Assembly: GCF_013122565.1 (NCBI RefSeq)
Contig: NZ_CP053258.1
Length of the DNA: 64,000 bases
From: Escherichia coli
GTDB lineage: Bacteria; Pseudomonadota; Gammaproteobacteria; Enterobacterales; Enterobacteriaceae
Strand: one strand, 5' to 3'
The notes under the pieces: generated by a model
The model's database searches: none
Told to the model about the DNA's origin: nothing
What the model saw: only the letters and a program-made list of their open reading frames with translations
Position numbers and translations under genes: made by a program
Shown here: positions 1 through 10,946 of the stretch, piece after piece
Numbering within the stretch: the stretch's first letter is position 1
Layout of the letters: every line of letters begins with the position of its first letter

Positions 1-981
1 CCTGTAGACTGGGCCAGTTTTACCATTGGCGGCGGTACGCCACTGCTGCTTAATGTCGGGCAACTGTCGCGATTGTTTCGCGGGGTGTTTGACGAATTAC
101 AGGTCGATGCGCAGATTTTTAAGGCCATTGAAACATCGCCTTCCGATACCTCTGCCGAAAAAGTCGCGTTGTTGCGCCAGCTTGCGGTAAACCGTGTCAG
201 TATTGGTGTTCAGAGTTTTAACGATCTGGAACTTGCCACATTACACCGCCGCCATAGCACTAAAAATGCCCATCGGGCGCTGGAGCTACTGCGCACGGGT
301 AATTTCCCGATACTCAATATTGATATTATTTACGGTATTCCCGGTCAAACAGCCGCAAGTTTATTGGCGTCGCTTAATCAGGCATTAGATTATCAACCTG
401 ACGAACTGTTTCTGTACCCACTGTATAACATGCCTCGCCAGCCGGATATGTATAGCCTCTATATTGAAGCCCGCGATCGCTTATTGCATGAAGGTTATAC
501 GCAAACGTCAATGCGCCGTTTTGTGCGGGTGAATAATGATTCGGCGGTTGAAAGTTGTGGCTTTGAAAATTCGCTGGCGCTTGGCGCGGGCGGGCGCAGT
601 TACCTGGGCAATTTACATTACTGCACGCCGTGGTCGCAAAACCAGCCTGCATCGCGACAAATTGTCGCGGATTTTATCGCCCGACAAGATAAAACCCTTA
701 TTAACCACGGCTATGTGCTTTCACAAGCAGAAATGAAGCGGCGTTTTGTTATCAAGAATCTCTTTTTCTATAAAGGGCTTTCGTTACGTGATTATCAGCG
801 CCAGTTCTCCTCTGAGGTATTAAGCGATTTTCCCCTGCTGGGCGATTTTATCAAACAAGATTATTGCCACCAGCAGGATAATCGCATTCTGCTCACCGCG
901 CAGGGTTTGGCGCTTTCGGACCAGCTTGGCCCGCTGTTTATTTCCCCGGAAGTTCGCAGGCTGGAGACGCATAAACGATGA
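1..981 (+). CDS. HemN-like radical SAM family protein, 5'-truncated by window edge
   Basis: Reading frame is open from nt 1 (the listed ORF start at 73 is a TTG inside a longer frame); GGGTP motif at nt 31-45 and HemN-type region (VNRVSIGVQSF); the CxxxCxxC cluster would lie upstream of the window; ATGA overlap with next gene. Confidence 0.75.
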   Translation, partial: PVDWASFTIGGGTPLLLNVGQLSRLFRGVFDELQVDAQIFKAIETSPSDTSAEKVALLRQLAVNRVSIGVQSFNDLELATLHRRHSTKNAHRALELLRTGNFPILNIDIIYGIPGQTAASLLASLNQALDYQPDELFLYPLYNMPRQPDMYSLYIEARDRLLHEGYTQTSMRRFVRVNNDSAVESCGFENSLALGAGGRSYLGNLHYCTPWSQNQPASRQIVADFIARQDKTLINHGYVLSQAEMKRRFVIKNLFFYKGLSLRDYQRQFSSEVLSDFPLLGDFIKQDYCHQQDNRILLTAQGLALSDQLGPLFISPEVRRLETHKR

Positions 982-1832
982 CGCTCAAGCAGATCCAGAC
1001 GCTGATTTATCGCGGCGAGATAAAGTCGTGTAATTATCGCTGTGGCTATTGTCCGTTTCATAAACAAGACCGCAATGATAAGCAGCAGGATGAAGCGGCA
1101 TTATGGCGCATGGTTGAGCATTTACCGGCGCTGGGTTCACCGTTAAATGTGTTGATTACACCCTACGGCGAAGCATTGCGTTATCGGTATTATATGGCGG
1201 CGATGGCGGAAATAAGCCGTTATTCCCATGTCCAGGCGGTGGGTATTCAGACCAACGCCTCGTTTAATTTATCCTCGTTGATAGCGACTTTTCAGCACTC
1301 TCAGGGCGATTTAGCAAAGCTGCGGCTGTGGTGTTCATTTCATCCTTCCCAGGTCAGTAAAGAAGTTTTCCTTAAACAGATACTGGCAATTAAGGACGCG
1401 GGGATTAATTGTTCTGTGGGGGCCGTCGCCAACGTAACCGACTACGACACATTCCAGTGGTTACGCGCGCATCTTCCTTCCGATATCTATTTCTGGCTAA
1501 ACGCCAATGAGCGCGATAAAAGGCCCACCAGCGACGAAAGAAATAGCCAGTTTCAGTTGCTGGACCCGCTTTATCCTTTGGAAACCAGCCTCTGGCCTGC
1601 CAATGTTGCGTTTTGTCTCGGCGGCAAAAAGAGCGTGTTTATGAATGCCGAAGGCGATCTCTTCGCCTGTAATATCAGCAAAATTAAAATCGGCAATTTA
1701 TATCAGCAGCAACTTTCATCTCCAGCCTGTATGGCCAGGCACTGCCACTGTTATCTGGCTTATCATCTGCGTCAGGATATCCCGGCCCTCTCACAATTTG
1801 ATGCTGAACGCTGTTTTCGGATCTTCCCTTAA
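978..1832 (+). CDS. Radical SAM protein with N-terminal CxxxCxxC (CNYRCGYC) and Cys-rich C-terminal region (SPASM/twitch-like)
   Basis: ORF translation: SCNYRCGYCPF near N-terminus; C-terminal CNISKIKIGNL...CMARHCHC; 4-nt overlap upstream and 1-nt overlap (TAATG) downstream indicate operon. Confidence 0.7.
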   Translation: MTLKQIQTLIYRGEIKSCNYRCGYCPFHKQDRNDKQQDEAALWRMVEHLPALGSPLNVLITPYGEALRYRYYMAAMAEISRYSHVQAVGIQTNASFNLSSLIATFQHSQGDLAKLRLWCSFHPSQVSKEVFLKQILAIKDAGINCSVGAVANVTDYDTFQWLRAHLPSDIYFWLNANERDKRPTSDERNSQFQLLDPLYPLETSLWPANVAFCLGGKKSVFMNAEGDLFACNISKIKIGNLYQQQLSSPACMARHCHCYLAYHLRQDIPALSQFDAERCFRIFP

Positions 1833-2530
1833 TGATCTGCCGGTTAATCGCGCTCGATTTAGATGGCACATTGCTGAACAGCAAGAAGATGATTTCCCCT
1901 GCGTCGGTTTCGGCACTGCAAAGCGCACAACAGGCAGGCGTGAAGATTATTCTCGCCACCGGGCGTTCGCACAGCGAAGCCCTGCCTTATTACCAGCAAT
2001 TGCAGTTAACCGGGCCGATGATTTGCTGTAACGGCAGCTATCTTTATCATCCGTATCAGCGGCAAATAGTGAATCCGCAACCGCTTAATATTCAGCAGGT
2101 GGAGAAACTGCGAGCATGGTTTTCACTACACTCACTCCAGCCAATTTTGTATACCCACGATGAGTTAACTTTGCAGATAAGCCTGGTACATCGCAAGGCT
2201 TCGTTATTGCGCCAGGCTGAGGAATTTGCCCGGCAAGAATTATCGCTGGCCTGTAGCTGGTCCTGGCATCATCAACTGGATATTACACAGGCGGGGTGTG
2301 AGAAAGGCAAAAGTCTGGCCTGGTATGCACAGCAGCAAAATATCGCTCTGGATGAAATCATCGCCTTTGGCGATAACGATAATGATGCGGGGATGTTGCA
2401 GATGGTAGGGAAAGGTATTGCGATGGGCAATGGTAGCTTTCTGGCAAAAGCCAGCTCTAACTGCGTTATCGGTCACAACAACACTGACGCGATTGCGGAT
2501 TTTCTTTATGCGCAGGGGGTCAGTTCATGA
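1832..2530 (+). CDS. HAD-superfamily hydrolase, Cof-like (HAD-IIB) phosphatase
   Basis: N-terminal DLDGTLL motif, internal GDNDNDAGM motif typical of Cof/YigL-type phosphatases; translationally coupled to the upstream radical SAM gene. Confidence 0.8.
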   Translation: MICRLIALDLDGTLLNSKKMISPASVSALQSAQQAGVKIILATGRSHSEALPYYQQLQLTGPMICCNGSYLYHPYQRQIVNPQPLNIQQVEKLRAWFSLHSLQPILYTHDELTLQISLVHRKASLLRQAEEFARQELSLACSWSWHHQLDITQAGCEKGKSLAWYAQQQNIALDEIIAFGDNDNDAGMLQMVGKGIAMGNGSFLAKASSNCVIGHNNTDAIADFLYAQGVSS

Positions 2531-2554
2531 CGCATCTTATCAGGTCTACAAAAG

Positions 2555-2587
2555 CAAAAAACCTGCCATCGCTGGCAGGTTTTTTAT
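2555..2587. terminator. Bidirectional intrinsic terminator between the HAD gene and typA
   Basis: GC hairpin acctgccatcgctggcaggt flanked by A-run on one side and T-run on the other. Confidence 0.7.
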
Positions 2588-2602
2588 GACTAAAAAACGA
2601 AA

Positions 2603-4426
2603 TTAATCGTCTTTCGGTGCGCGGTTAGCGCGACGACGATCGTTTTCCGTCAGGTGACGTTTACGAATACGGATAGAGGTCGGAGTCACTTCTACCAGTT
2701 CGTCATCATCGATGAACTCCAGAGCTTGTTCCAGAGTCATGCGGATAGGCGGAACCAGAACAACGGCTTCGTCAGTACCGGAAGCACGCATGTTGGTCAG
2801 TTTCTTACCGGTCAGGCAGTTTACAGTCAGGTCGTTAGAGCGGCTATGAATACCGATAATCTGACCTTCGTAAACTTCTGCACCGTGACCGAGGAACAGC
2901 TTACCGCGATCCTGCAGACCGAACAGCGCGAACGCGACCGCTTTACCCTGACCGTTAGAGATCAGTACGCCGTTCTGACGCTGACCCACTTCACCCGGAC
3001 GTACGTCGTCGTAGTGGCTGAAGGTGGAGTACAGCAGACCAGTACCGGAAGTCATGGTCATGAACTCAGAACGGAAGCCAATCAGACCACGGCTTGGGAT
3101 CACGTAGTCGAGACGTACGCGGCCTTTACCGTCTGGATTCATGTTTTTCAGGTCGCCTTTACGTTCGCCCAGCGCCTGCATTACAGAACCCTGATGCTGT
3201 TCTTCAACGTCCAGAGTCACGTTTTCATACGGCTCTTGTTTACGACCGTCGATTTCACGGAAGATAACTTTCGGACGGGATACCGCCAGTTCGAAACCTT
3301 CACGACGCATGTTTTCGATCAGAACAGACAGGTGCAGTTCGCCACGACCAGAAACGCGGAACGCATCGGCGTCTTCGGTTTCTTCTACGCGCAGCGCAAC
3401 GTTGTGTACCAGTTCTTTGTTCAGACGATCCAGGATCTGACGAGACGTTACGAACTTACCTTCTTTACCGCAGAACGGCGAGGTGTTAACGCAGAAGAAC
3501 ATAGAAACGGTCGGCTCATCAACGGAGAGTGCCGGCAGCGCTTCAACGTTTTGCGTGTCGCAAACGGTGTCAGAAATGTTCAGTTCGCCCAGGCCCGTGA
3601 TCGCCACGATATCGCCAGCTTCCGCCAGGTCGGTTTCGATACGTTCCAGACCGAGGTGGCCCAGCACTTTACCGACTTTCGCGTTACGGGTTTTGCCTTC
3701 GCTATCGATGATAGTGACCTGCTGGTTCGGCTTCACTTTACCGCGCTTGATGCGGCCAATGCCGATAACGCCAACATAGCTGTTGTAATCGAGCTGAGAA
3801 ATCTGCATCTGGAACGGACCGTCAAGGTCAACGTCCGGCGCAGGAACGTGATCAACAATCGCCTGATACAGCGGGGTCATGTCTTCAGCCATATCTTCGT
3901 GGTCCAGACCCGCGATACCGTTCAGCGCAGAAGCGTAAACGATCGGGAAGTCCAGCTGCTCGTCGGTCGCGTCGAGGTTAACGAACAGGTCGAATACCTG
4001 ATCCACAACCCAGTCAGGACGCGCGCCAGGGCGGTCAACTTTGTTGATAACAACAATCGGCTTCAGGCCGTAAGCAAACGCTTTTTTGGTTACGAAGCGC
4101 GTTTGCGGCATCGGGCCGTCAAATGCGTCAACCACCAGCAGCACTGAGTCTACCATGGACATTACACGTTCAACTTCACCACCGAAGTCGGCGTGCCCCG
4201 GGGTATCAACGATGTTGATACGGTAATCATTCCATTTGATAGCGGTGTTTTTCGCGAGGATGGTAATCCCACGCTCTTTCTCCAAATCGTTGGAGTCCAT
4301 CACGCGCTCTTGGGTTTCGGCACGAGAGTCGAACGTACCGGATTGTTGGAGCAGCTTGTCTACCAGGGTGGTTTTACCATGGTCTACGTGCGCGATGATG
4401 GCGATATTACGCAATTTTTCGATCAC
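2603..4426 (-). CDS. typA: Ribosome-dependent translational GTPase BipA/TypA
   Basis: 607-aa ORF, N-terminus [26 protein letters not shown] with G1-G4 GTPase motifs; divergent from glnA as in E. coli. Confidence 0.95.
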   Translation of the reverse strand: MIEKLRNIAIIAHVDHGKTTLVDKLLQQSGTFDSRAETQERVMDSNDLEKERGITILAKNTAIKWNDYRINIVDTPGHADFGGEVERVMSMVDSVLLVVDAFDGPMPQTRFVTKKAFAYGLKPIVVINKVDRPGARPDWVVDQVFDLFVNLDATDEQLDFPIVYASALNGIAGLDHEDMAEDMTPLYQAIVDHVPAPDVDLDGPFQMQISQLDYNSYVGVIGIGRIKRGKVKPNQQVTIIDSEGKTRNAKVGKVLGHLGLERIETDLAEAGDIVAITGLGELNISDTVCDTQNVEALPALSVDEPTVSMFFCVNTSPFCGKEGKFVTSRQILDRLNKELVHNVALRVEETEDADAFRVSGRGELHLSVLIENMRREGFELAVSRPKVIFREIDGRKQEPYENVTLDVEEQHQGSVMQALGERKGDLKNMNPDGKGRVRLDYVIPSRGLIGFRSEFMTMTSGTGLLYSTFSHYDDVRPGEVGQRQNGVLISNGQGKAVAFALFGLQDRGKLFLGHGAEVYEGQIIGIHSRSNDLTVNCLTGKKLTNMRASGTDEAVVLVPPIRMTLEQALEFIDDDELVEVTPTSIRIRKRHLTENDRRRANRAPKDD

Positions 4427-4574
4427 AACTTTGCCTCAGGCATTAGAAATAGCGCGTTATTGTACACGGATTAATCGCACTACAAAACAGGATCACAAAC
4501 ATCCTCCGCAAACAAGTATTGCAGAGTCCCTTTGTGATCGCTTTCACGGAGCATAAAAAGGGTTATCCAAAGGT

Positions 4575-4650
4575 CATTGCACCAATATGGTGCTTAATGT
4601 TTCCATTGAAGCACTATATTGGTGCAACATTCACATCATGGTGCAGCCCT
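4575..4650 (+). promoter_or_regulatory. NtrC (NRI) enhancer sites upstream of glnA
   Basis: Repeated TGCACCA-N-TGGTGCA-type dyads (tgcaccaatatggtgc; tggtgcaacattcacatcatggtgca). Confidence 0.7.
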
Positions 4651-4698
4651 TTTGCACGATGTTAAGCATGATAACGCCTTTTAGGGGCAATTTAAAAG

Positions 4699-4716
4699 TT
4701 GGCACAGTTTTCGCTT
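4699..4716 (+). promoter_or_regulatory. sigma54 promoter (glnAp2), TGGCAC-N5-TCGCT
   Basis: ttggcacagttttcgct matches -24 GG / -12 GC spacing, about 85 nt upstream of glnA ATG. Confidence 0.75.
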
Positions 4717-4798
4717 TATCTTTTTTACGGCGACACGGCCAAAATAATTGCAGATTTCGTTACCACGACGACAATGACCAATCCAGGAGAGTTAAAGT

Positions 4799-6208
4799 AT
4801 GTCCGCTGAACACGTACTGACGATGCTGAACGAGCACGAAGTGAAGTTTGTTGATTTGCGCTTCACCGATACCAAAGGTAAAGAACAGCACGTCACTATC
4901 CCTGCTCATCAGGTGAATGCTGAATTCTTCGAAGAAGGCAAAATGTTTGACGGCTCCTCGATTGGCGGCTGGAAAGGCATTAACGAATCCGACATGGTGC
5001 TGATGCCAGACGCATCCACCGCAGTGATTGACCCGTTCTTCGCCGACTCTACCCTGATTATCCGTTGCGACATCCTTGAACCTGGCACCCTGCAAGGCTA
5101 TGACCGTGACCCGCGCTCTATTGCGAAGCGCGCCGAAGATTACCTGCGTTCCACTGGCATTGCCGACACCGTACTGTTCGGGCCAGAACCTGAATTCTTC
5201 CTGTTCGATGACATCCGTTTCGGATCATCTATCTCCGGTTCTCACGTTGCTATCGACGATATCGAAGGCGCATGGAACTCCTCCACCCAATATGAAGGTG
5301 GTAACAAAGGTCACCGTCCGGCAGTGAAAGGCGGTTACTTCCCGGTGCCACCTGTAGACTCTGCTCAGGATATTCGTTCTGAAATGTGTCTGGTGATGGA
5401 ACAGATGGGTCTGGTGGTTGAAGCCCATCACCACGAAGTAGCGACTGCTGGTCAGAACGAAGTGGCTACCCGCTTCAATACCATGACCAAAAAAGCTGAC
5501 GAAATTCAGATCTACAAATATGTTGTGCACAACGTGGCGCACCGCTTCGGTAAAACCGCGACCTTTATGCCAAAACCGATGTTCGGTGATAACGGCTCCG
5601 GTATGCACTGCCACATGTCGCTGTCTAAAAACGGCGTTAACCTGTTCGCGGGTGACAAATATGCAGGTCTGTCTGAGCAGGCGCTGTACTACATTGGCGG
5701 CGTAATCAAACACGCTAAAGCGATTAACGCCCTGGCAAACCCGACCACCAACTCTTACAAGCGTCTGGTCCCGGGCTACGAAGCACCGGTAATGCTGGCT
5801 TACTCTGCGCGTAACCGTTCTGCGTCTATCCGTATTCCGGTGGTTTCTTCTCCGAAAGCACGTCGTATCGAAGTACGTTTCCCGGATCCGGCGGCTAACC
5901 CGTACCTGTGCTTTGCTGCCCTGCTGATGGCCGGTCTTGATGGTATCAAGAACAAGATCCATCCGGGCGAAGCCATGGACAAAAACCTGTATGACCTGCC
6001 GCCAGAAGAAGCGAAAGAGATCCCACAAGTTGCAGGCTCTCTGGAAGAAGCACTGAACGAGCTGGATCTGGACCGCGAGTTCCTGAAAGCCGGTGGCGTG
6101 TTCACGGATGAAGCGATCGATGCGTACATCGCTCTGCGTCGCGAAGAAGATGACCGCGTGCGTATGACTCCGCATCCGGTAGAGTTTGAGCTGTACTACA
6201 GCGTCTAA
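4799..6208 (+). CDS. glnA: Glutamine synthetase
   Basis: 469-aa [34 protein letters not shown], classic GS type I. Confidence 0.97.
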
Positions 6209-6278
6209 GTGTTTTAGTTGCCGTGGAAACTTTTCGCCTGTCTCTGGCAGGCCTGGGATCGGTGGCAAGCACATTACG

Positions 6279-6340
6279 CCGGATGCGACGCAAATGCGTC
6301 TTATCCGGCCTACACGGTGATGATGTGGTAGGCCGGAGCA
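6279..6340. repeat. REP (repetitive extragenic palindromic) element pair
   Basis: gccggatgcgacg...cttatccggcctac ... gtaggccgga motif. Confidence 0.8.
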
Positions 6341-6379
6341 GGTGAGTCGCTCTCCAACGTGAAGTTTGTCAGCTATCTG

Positions 6380-6407
6380 TAGCCCATCTCTGCATGGGCT
6401 TTTTTCT
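6380..6407 (+). terminator. Intrinsic terminator downstream of glnA
   Basis: agcccatctctgcatgggct hairpin followed by TTTTTT. Confidence 0.75.
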
Positions 6408-6493
6408 CCGTCAATTCTCTGATGCTTCGCGCTTTTTATCCGTAAAAAGCTATAATGCACTAAAATGGTGCAACCTGTTCAGGAGACTGCTTT

Positions 6494-7543
6494 ATGGCAA
6501 CAGGCACGCAGCCCGATGCTGGGCAGATCCTCAACTCGCTGATTAACAGTATTTTGTTAATCGATGACAACCTGGCGATCCATTACGCCAACCCCGCCGC
6601 GCAACAACTGCTCGCCCAAAGCTCCCGCAAATTGTTTGGTACACCGTTACCGGAACTGTTGAGCTACTTCTCATTAAATATCGAGCTGATGCAAGAAAGT
6701 CTGGAGGCGGGGCAAGGTTTTACCGATAACGAAGTGACGCTGGTCATCGACGGGCGCTCGCATATCCTTTCTGTGACGGCCCAGCGTATGCCGGACGGCA
6801 TGATCCTGCTGGAGATGGCGCCGATGGATAACCAGCGCCGCTTAAGCCAGGAACAGCTACAACATGCTCAACAAGTTGCTGCCCGTGATTTAGTGCGTGG
6901 CCTGGCACATGAGATTAAAAATCCGCTTGGCGGTTTACGTGGCGCGGCGCAGCTTCTCAGCAAAGCATTACCTGACCCTTCACTGCTGGAATATACCAAA
7001 GTGATTATCGAACAGGCGGACCGGCTGCGAAATCTGGTCGACCGTCTGTTGGGGCCGCAACTACCCGGTACGCGCGTTACCGAAAGTATTCACAAAGTGG
7101 CTGAACGCGTGGTGACGCTGGTGTCGATGGAACTGCCGGACAACGTGCGGTTGATTCGTGATTACGACCCCAGCCTGCCGGAACTGGCGCACGACCCGGA
7201 TCAAATTGAACAGGTCTTGCTGAATATTGTGCGCAATGCGCTACAGGCGCTGGGGCCTGAAGGCGGTGAAATCATTCTGCGGACCCGCACCGCGTTTCAA
7301 CTGACCTTACACGGCGAGCGCTATCGGCTGGCGGCGCGGATTGATGTGGAAGACAACGGGCCGGGCATTCCGCCTCATTTGCAGGATACGCTGTTTTACC
7401 CGATGGTCAGCGGCCGCGAAGGTGGCACCGGGCTTGGCTTATCCATCGCCCGTAATTTGATTGATCAGCATTCAGGCAAAATTGAATTTACCAGTTGGCC
7501 AGGTCATACCGAGTTCTCGGTTTACCTGCCTATCAGGAAATAA
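6494..7543 (+). CDS. glnL: Nitrogen regulation sensor histidine kinase NtrB (NRII)
   Basis: 349-aa ORF with H-box ([11 protein letters not shown]) and ATPase G-boxes; follows glnA. Confidence 0.95.
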
Positions 7544-7554
7544 AGGTGACGTTT

Positions 7555-8964
7555 ATGCAACGAGGGATAGTCTGGGTAGTCGATGACGATAGTTCCATCC
7601 GTTGGGTGCTTGAACGTGCGCTCGCTGGAGCGGGTTTAACCTGTACGACATTTGAGAACGGCGCGGAGGTACTGGAGGCGCTGGCGAGCAAAACGCCGGA
7701 TGTGCTGCTTTCAGATATCCGTATGCCGGGAATGGACGGGCTGGCACTGCTCAAGCAGATTAAACAGCGCCATCCGATGCTTCCGGTCATCATTATGACC
7801 GCACATTCCGATCTGGATGCTGCCGTCAGCGCCTATCAACAAGGGGCGTTTGATTATCTGCCCAAACCGTTTGATATCGACGAAGCCGTGGCGCTGGTTG
7901 AGCGCGCCATCAGTCATTACCAGGAACAGCAGCAGCCGCGTAATGTTCAGCTTAATGGCCCAACGACCGATATCATCGGCGAAGCGCCAGCCATGCAGGA
8001 CGTGTTCCGTATTATCGGTCGGCTTTCGCGTTCTTCTATTAGCGTGCTGATTAACGGCGAATCCGGCACCGGTAAAGAACTGGTCGCTCATGCCCTGCAT
8101 CGCCACAGTCCGCGAGCCAAAGCGCCGTTTATCGCGCTGAATATGGCGGCTATCCCGAAAGATTTGATCGAATCAGAACTGTTTGGTCACGAGAAAGGCG
8201 CATTTACCGGCGCGAATACCATTCGTCAGGGGCGTTTTGAACAGGCTGATGGCGGTACATTATTTCTCGATGAAATTGGCGATATGCCGCTGGATGTGCA
8301 GACGCGTTTGCTGCGCGTGCTGGCAGACGGTCAGTTTTACCGCGTTGGCGGCTATGCGCCGGTGAAAGTGGATGTGCGGATTATCGCTGCCACTCACCAG
8401 AATCTCGAACAGCGGGTGCAGGAAGGTAAGTTCCGTGAGGATCTGTTCCACCGCCTGAACGTTATCCGCGTTCATCTGCCGCCGCTGCGCGAACGTCGGG
8501 AAGATATTCCCCGTCTGGCGCGCCATTTTTTACAGGTTGCCGCGCGCGAACTGGGCGTAGAAGCGAAGTTGCTGCATCCGGAAACCGAAGCTGCTCTGAC
8601 GCGTCTGGCGTGGCCAGGCAACGTGCGCCAGCTGGAAAACACCTGCCGCTGGCTAACAGTGATGGCCGCCGGGCAGGAAGTGTTGATTCAGGATTTGCCC
8701 GGCGAACTGTTTGAATCAACGGTTGCGGAGAGTACTTCGCAAATGCAACCGGACAGTTGGGCGACACTTTTAGCGCAGTGGGCAGACAGAGCGCTGCGTT
8801 CCGGTCATCAAAACCTGCTTTCCGAAGCGCAGCCTGAGCTGGAGCGGACATTATTGACGACCGCGTTGCGACATACACAGGGGCATAAACAGGAAGCGGC
8901 GCGGCTACTCGGCTGGGGCCGCAACACCCTGACGCGTAAGTTAAAAGAGCTAGGGATGGAGTGA
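7555..8964 (+). CDS. glnG: Nitrogen regulation response regulator NtrC (NRI), sigma54 activator
   Basis: Starts [12 protein letters not shown] (receiver domain), AAA+ GESGTGKE and GAFTGA motifs, C-terminal HTH; start chosen at ATG 7555 with RBS aaggtga rather than the longer ORF start. Confidence 0.95.
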   Translation: MQRGIVWVVDDDSSIRWVLERALAGAGLTCTTFENGAEVLEALASKTPDVLLSDIRMPGMDGLALLKQIKQRHPMLPVIIMTAHSDLDAAVSAYQQGAFDYLPKPFDIDEAVALVERAISHYQEQQQPRNVQLNGPTTDIIGEAPAMQDVFRIIGRLSRSSISVLINGESGTGKELVAHALHRHSPRAKAPFIALNMAAIPKDLIESELFGHEKGAFTGANTIRQGRFEQADGGTLFLDEIGDMPLDVQTRLLRVLADGQFYRVGGYAPVKVDVRIIAATHQNLEQRVQEGKFREDLFHRLNVIRVHLPPLRERREDIPRLARHFLQVAARELGVEAKLLHPETEAALTRLAWPGNVRQLENTCRWLTVMAAGQEVLIQDLPGELFESTVAESTSQMQPDSWATLLAQWADRALRSGHQNLLSEAQPELERTLLTTALRHTQGHKQEAARLLGWGRNTLTRKLKELGME

Positions 8965-9074
8965 TTCAGGCTTGTGTGTAAAGATTGATTATTGAGCGCA
9001 AATTGCTGGTATTTTGCGCTTTACTGTTCCGATAAGTTCAGTATGATCTTGCCCGGAAAACGGGGAGAGTCATT

Positions 9075-9185
9075 ATGCTGGAATCAATAATTAATCTGGT
9101 ATCGAGTGGCGCAGTTGACAGCCACACACCGCAAACTGCTGTTGCTGCCGTGCTGTGTGCCGCGATGATTGGGCTGTTTAGTTGA
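9075..9185 (+). CDS. yshB: Small protein YshB (36 aa)
   Basis: ATG with ggggagag RBS; MLESIINLVSSGAVDSHTPQTAVAAVLCAAMIGLFS, position between glnG and hemN. Confidence 0.6.
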   Translation: MLESIINLVSSGAVDSHTPQTAVAAVLCAAMIGLFS

Positions 9186-9189
9186 AGCT

Positions 9190-9300
<111 letters not shown>

Positions 9301-9384
9301 ACAAAAGCAATAATTTCAACAGGTTTTGTTGACCAGCGCATCAGGCAACCTTGTTCTCAGCACATTGATAGCGCCATTCACTAT

Positions 9385-10758
9385 TTAAATCACCCGAGAG
9401 AACTGCTGCATCCGCGCTTTCTGGCGCAGATAGGTATCAAAGCACATGCAAATGTTGCGGATCAGCAAGCGACCTTTCGCCGTCACCTGTATTCCCTTCT
9501 CATCCACATCCACCAGCCCATCTTTTGCTAATGGGGCGAGCAGCTTGAGATCTTCCGCAAAGTAATCAGCGAAGTGCAAATCCCACTGTTTCTCAATAGG
9601 GGCGTAATCCAGACGGAAGTTGCAGATGAGCGACTTAATCACATCGCGGCGAATACAGTCATCACGCGTTAGCGCAATACCACGCCACAGCGCGTTGCCT
9701 TGTTCATCCACTTGCTGATAGTACTGCTTCAACTCTTTCTGGTTCTGCGCGTAGCAGTCGCCAATCATGCTGATGGCGGAAACGCCCATCCCCAGCAGAT
9801 CGGTATCGCCCTGAGTGGTGTAGCCCTGGAAGTTACGATGCAGCACGCCTTCACGCTGGGCCACCGCCAGCTCGTCATCCGGACGGGCAAAGTGATCCAT
9901 ACCGATAAACTGATAGCCCGATTGCGTCAGGAAGGCGATGGTTTCCTGCAGGATATCGAGTTTTTGCTGCGGACTCGGCAGGTCAGCATCTTTGATTTTG
10001 CGCTGAGCAGCAAAAATGGTCGGCAGATGCGCATAGTTAAAGACGCTCAGACGGTCAGGGTTTAGCTCCGCCACGCGTTTCAGGGTAAAGGCGAAACTTT
10101 CCGGCGTCTGTTTCGGCAGGCCGTAAATCAGGTCGATGTTGGTGGAGGTAAAGCCAATCTCACGCGCATGGTTAAGCAGCGCAAAGATAAACTCTTCATC
10201 CTGCTCGCGGTTAACCAGACGTTGCACTTCTTTGTTGAAGTCCTGCACGCCCATACTCAGGCGATTAAAGCCCTCGGCGCGTAAATGATCGAGTACATCC
10301 AGTTCGATTTCCCGCGGATCGACTTCGATCGAAATCTCCGCATCGGCATTGAACTGGAAGTTTTCGCGCAGCAGCTTCATCAGGCGGCTGATTTGCGCTT
10401 TATTAAGATACGTCGGCGTTCCGCCGCCCCAGTGCAGCTGGCTGACGTGACGCCCGGCGAACAGCGGTGCACGATGGACGATTTCTTGCTCCAGCGCGTC
10501 CAGATACTGATCGGCCTTGTGCTGCTGGCGAGTAACAATCTTATTACAACCGCAGAAGTAACAAAGCTTATGGCAGAACGGGATATGTACGTAGAGAGAT
10601 AATGGACGCTCAGGATAGCGCGCCACGGCTTGTAAAAACGCCTGTTCGCCGAAGTCTTCTGAAAACTCCAGCGCGGTCGGGTACGAGGTGTATCGTGGCC
10701 CGGAATAGTTATATTTCTGGATCAGGGCCAGATCCCAGTCGATTTGCTGTACAGACAT
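9385..10758 (-). CDS. hemN: Oxygen-independent coproporphyrinogen III oxidase (radical SAM)
   Basis: ORF with CHKLCYFCGC motif and WGGGTPTYL; start trimmed to MSVQQIDWDL. Confidence 0.93.
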   Translation of the reverse strand: MSVQQIDWDLALIQKYNYSGPRYTSYPTALEFSEDFGEQAFLQAVARYPERPLSLYVHIPFCHKLCYFCGCNKIVTRQQHKADQYLDALEQEIVHRAPLFAGRHVSQLHWGGGTPTYLNKAQISRLMKLLRENFQFNADAEISIEVDPREIELDVLDHLRAEGFNRLSMGVQDFNKEVQRLVNREQDEEFIFALLNHAREIGFTSTNIDLIYGLPKQTPESFAFTLKRVAELNPDRLSVFNYAHLPTIFAAQRKIKDADLPSPQQKLDILQETIAFLTQSGYQFIGMDHFARPDDELAVAQREGVLHRNFQGYTTQGDTDLLGMGVSAISMIGDCYAQNQKELKQYYQQVDEQGNALWRGIALTRDDCIRRDVIKSLICNFRLDYAPIEKQWDLHFADYFAEDLKLLAPLAKDGLVDVDEKGIQVTAKGRLLIRNICMCFDTYLRQKARMQQFSRVI

Positions 10759-10946
10759 GCTCACTCCTTCCGATGGCGTCTCTGGCGGCTACGGCGTACC
10801 GGCGGATGCCCGTTTCGGGTCATCAGCCGGTTGCGCAGCCACTTTTGTCGCCGCGACAACCGCTGTAGTTTAACGAATAACCACACCAGATAACATATAA
10901 CCGGAAGGGTTATCAGCAGAACGGGAAGGCCCACGGCGGAAATCCG

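Noticed and set aside
2654-4147. 497-aa ORF on the plus strand antisense to typA
   Set aside because: Lies entirely inside the strongly supported typA gene on the opposite strand; composition (runs of V/T/R/F) is typical of antisense frames of highly expressed GC-balanced genes; no start context.
5225-6460. 411-aa ORF antisense to glnA (plus nested 109- and 63-aa ORFs)
   Set aside because: Antisense shadow ORF within glnA; Arg/His-rich low-complexity translation; no RBS.
7495-7554. N-terminal extension of glnG overlapping the glnL 3' end (ORF-track start at 7495)
   Set aside because: The NtrC receiver domain begins at [12 protein letters not shown] (7555), preceded by a good SD; the extension would overlap glnL and has no RBS.
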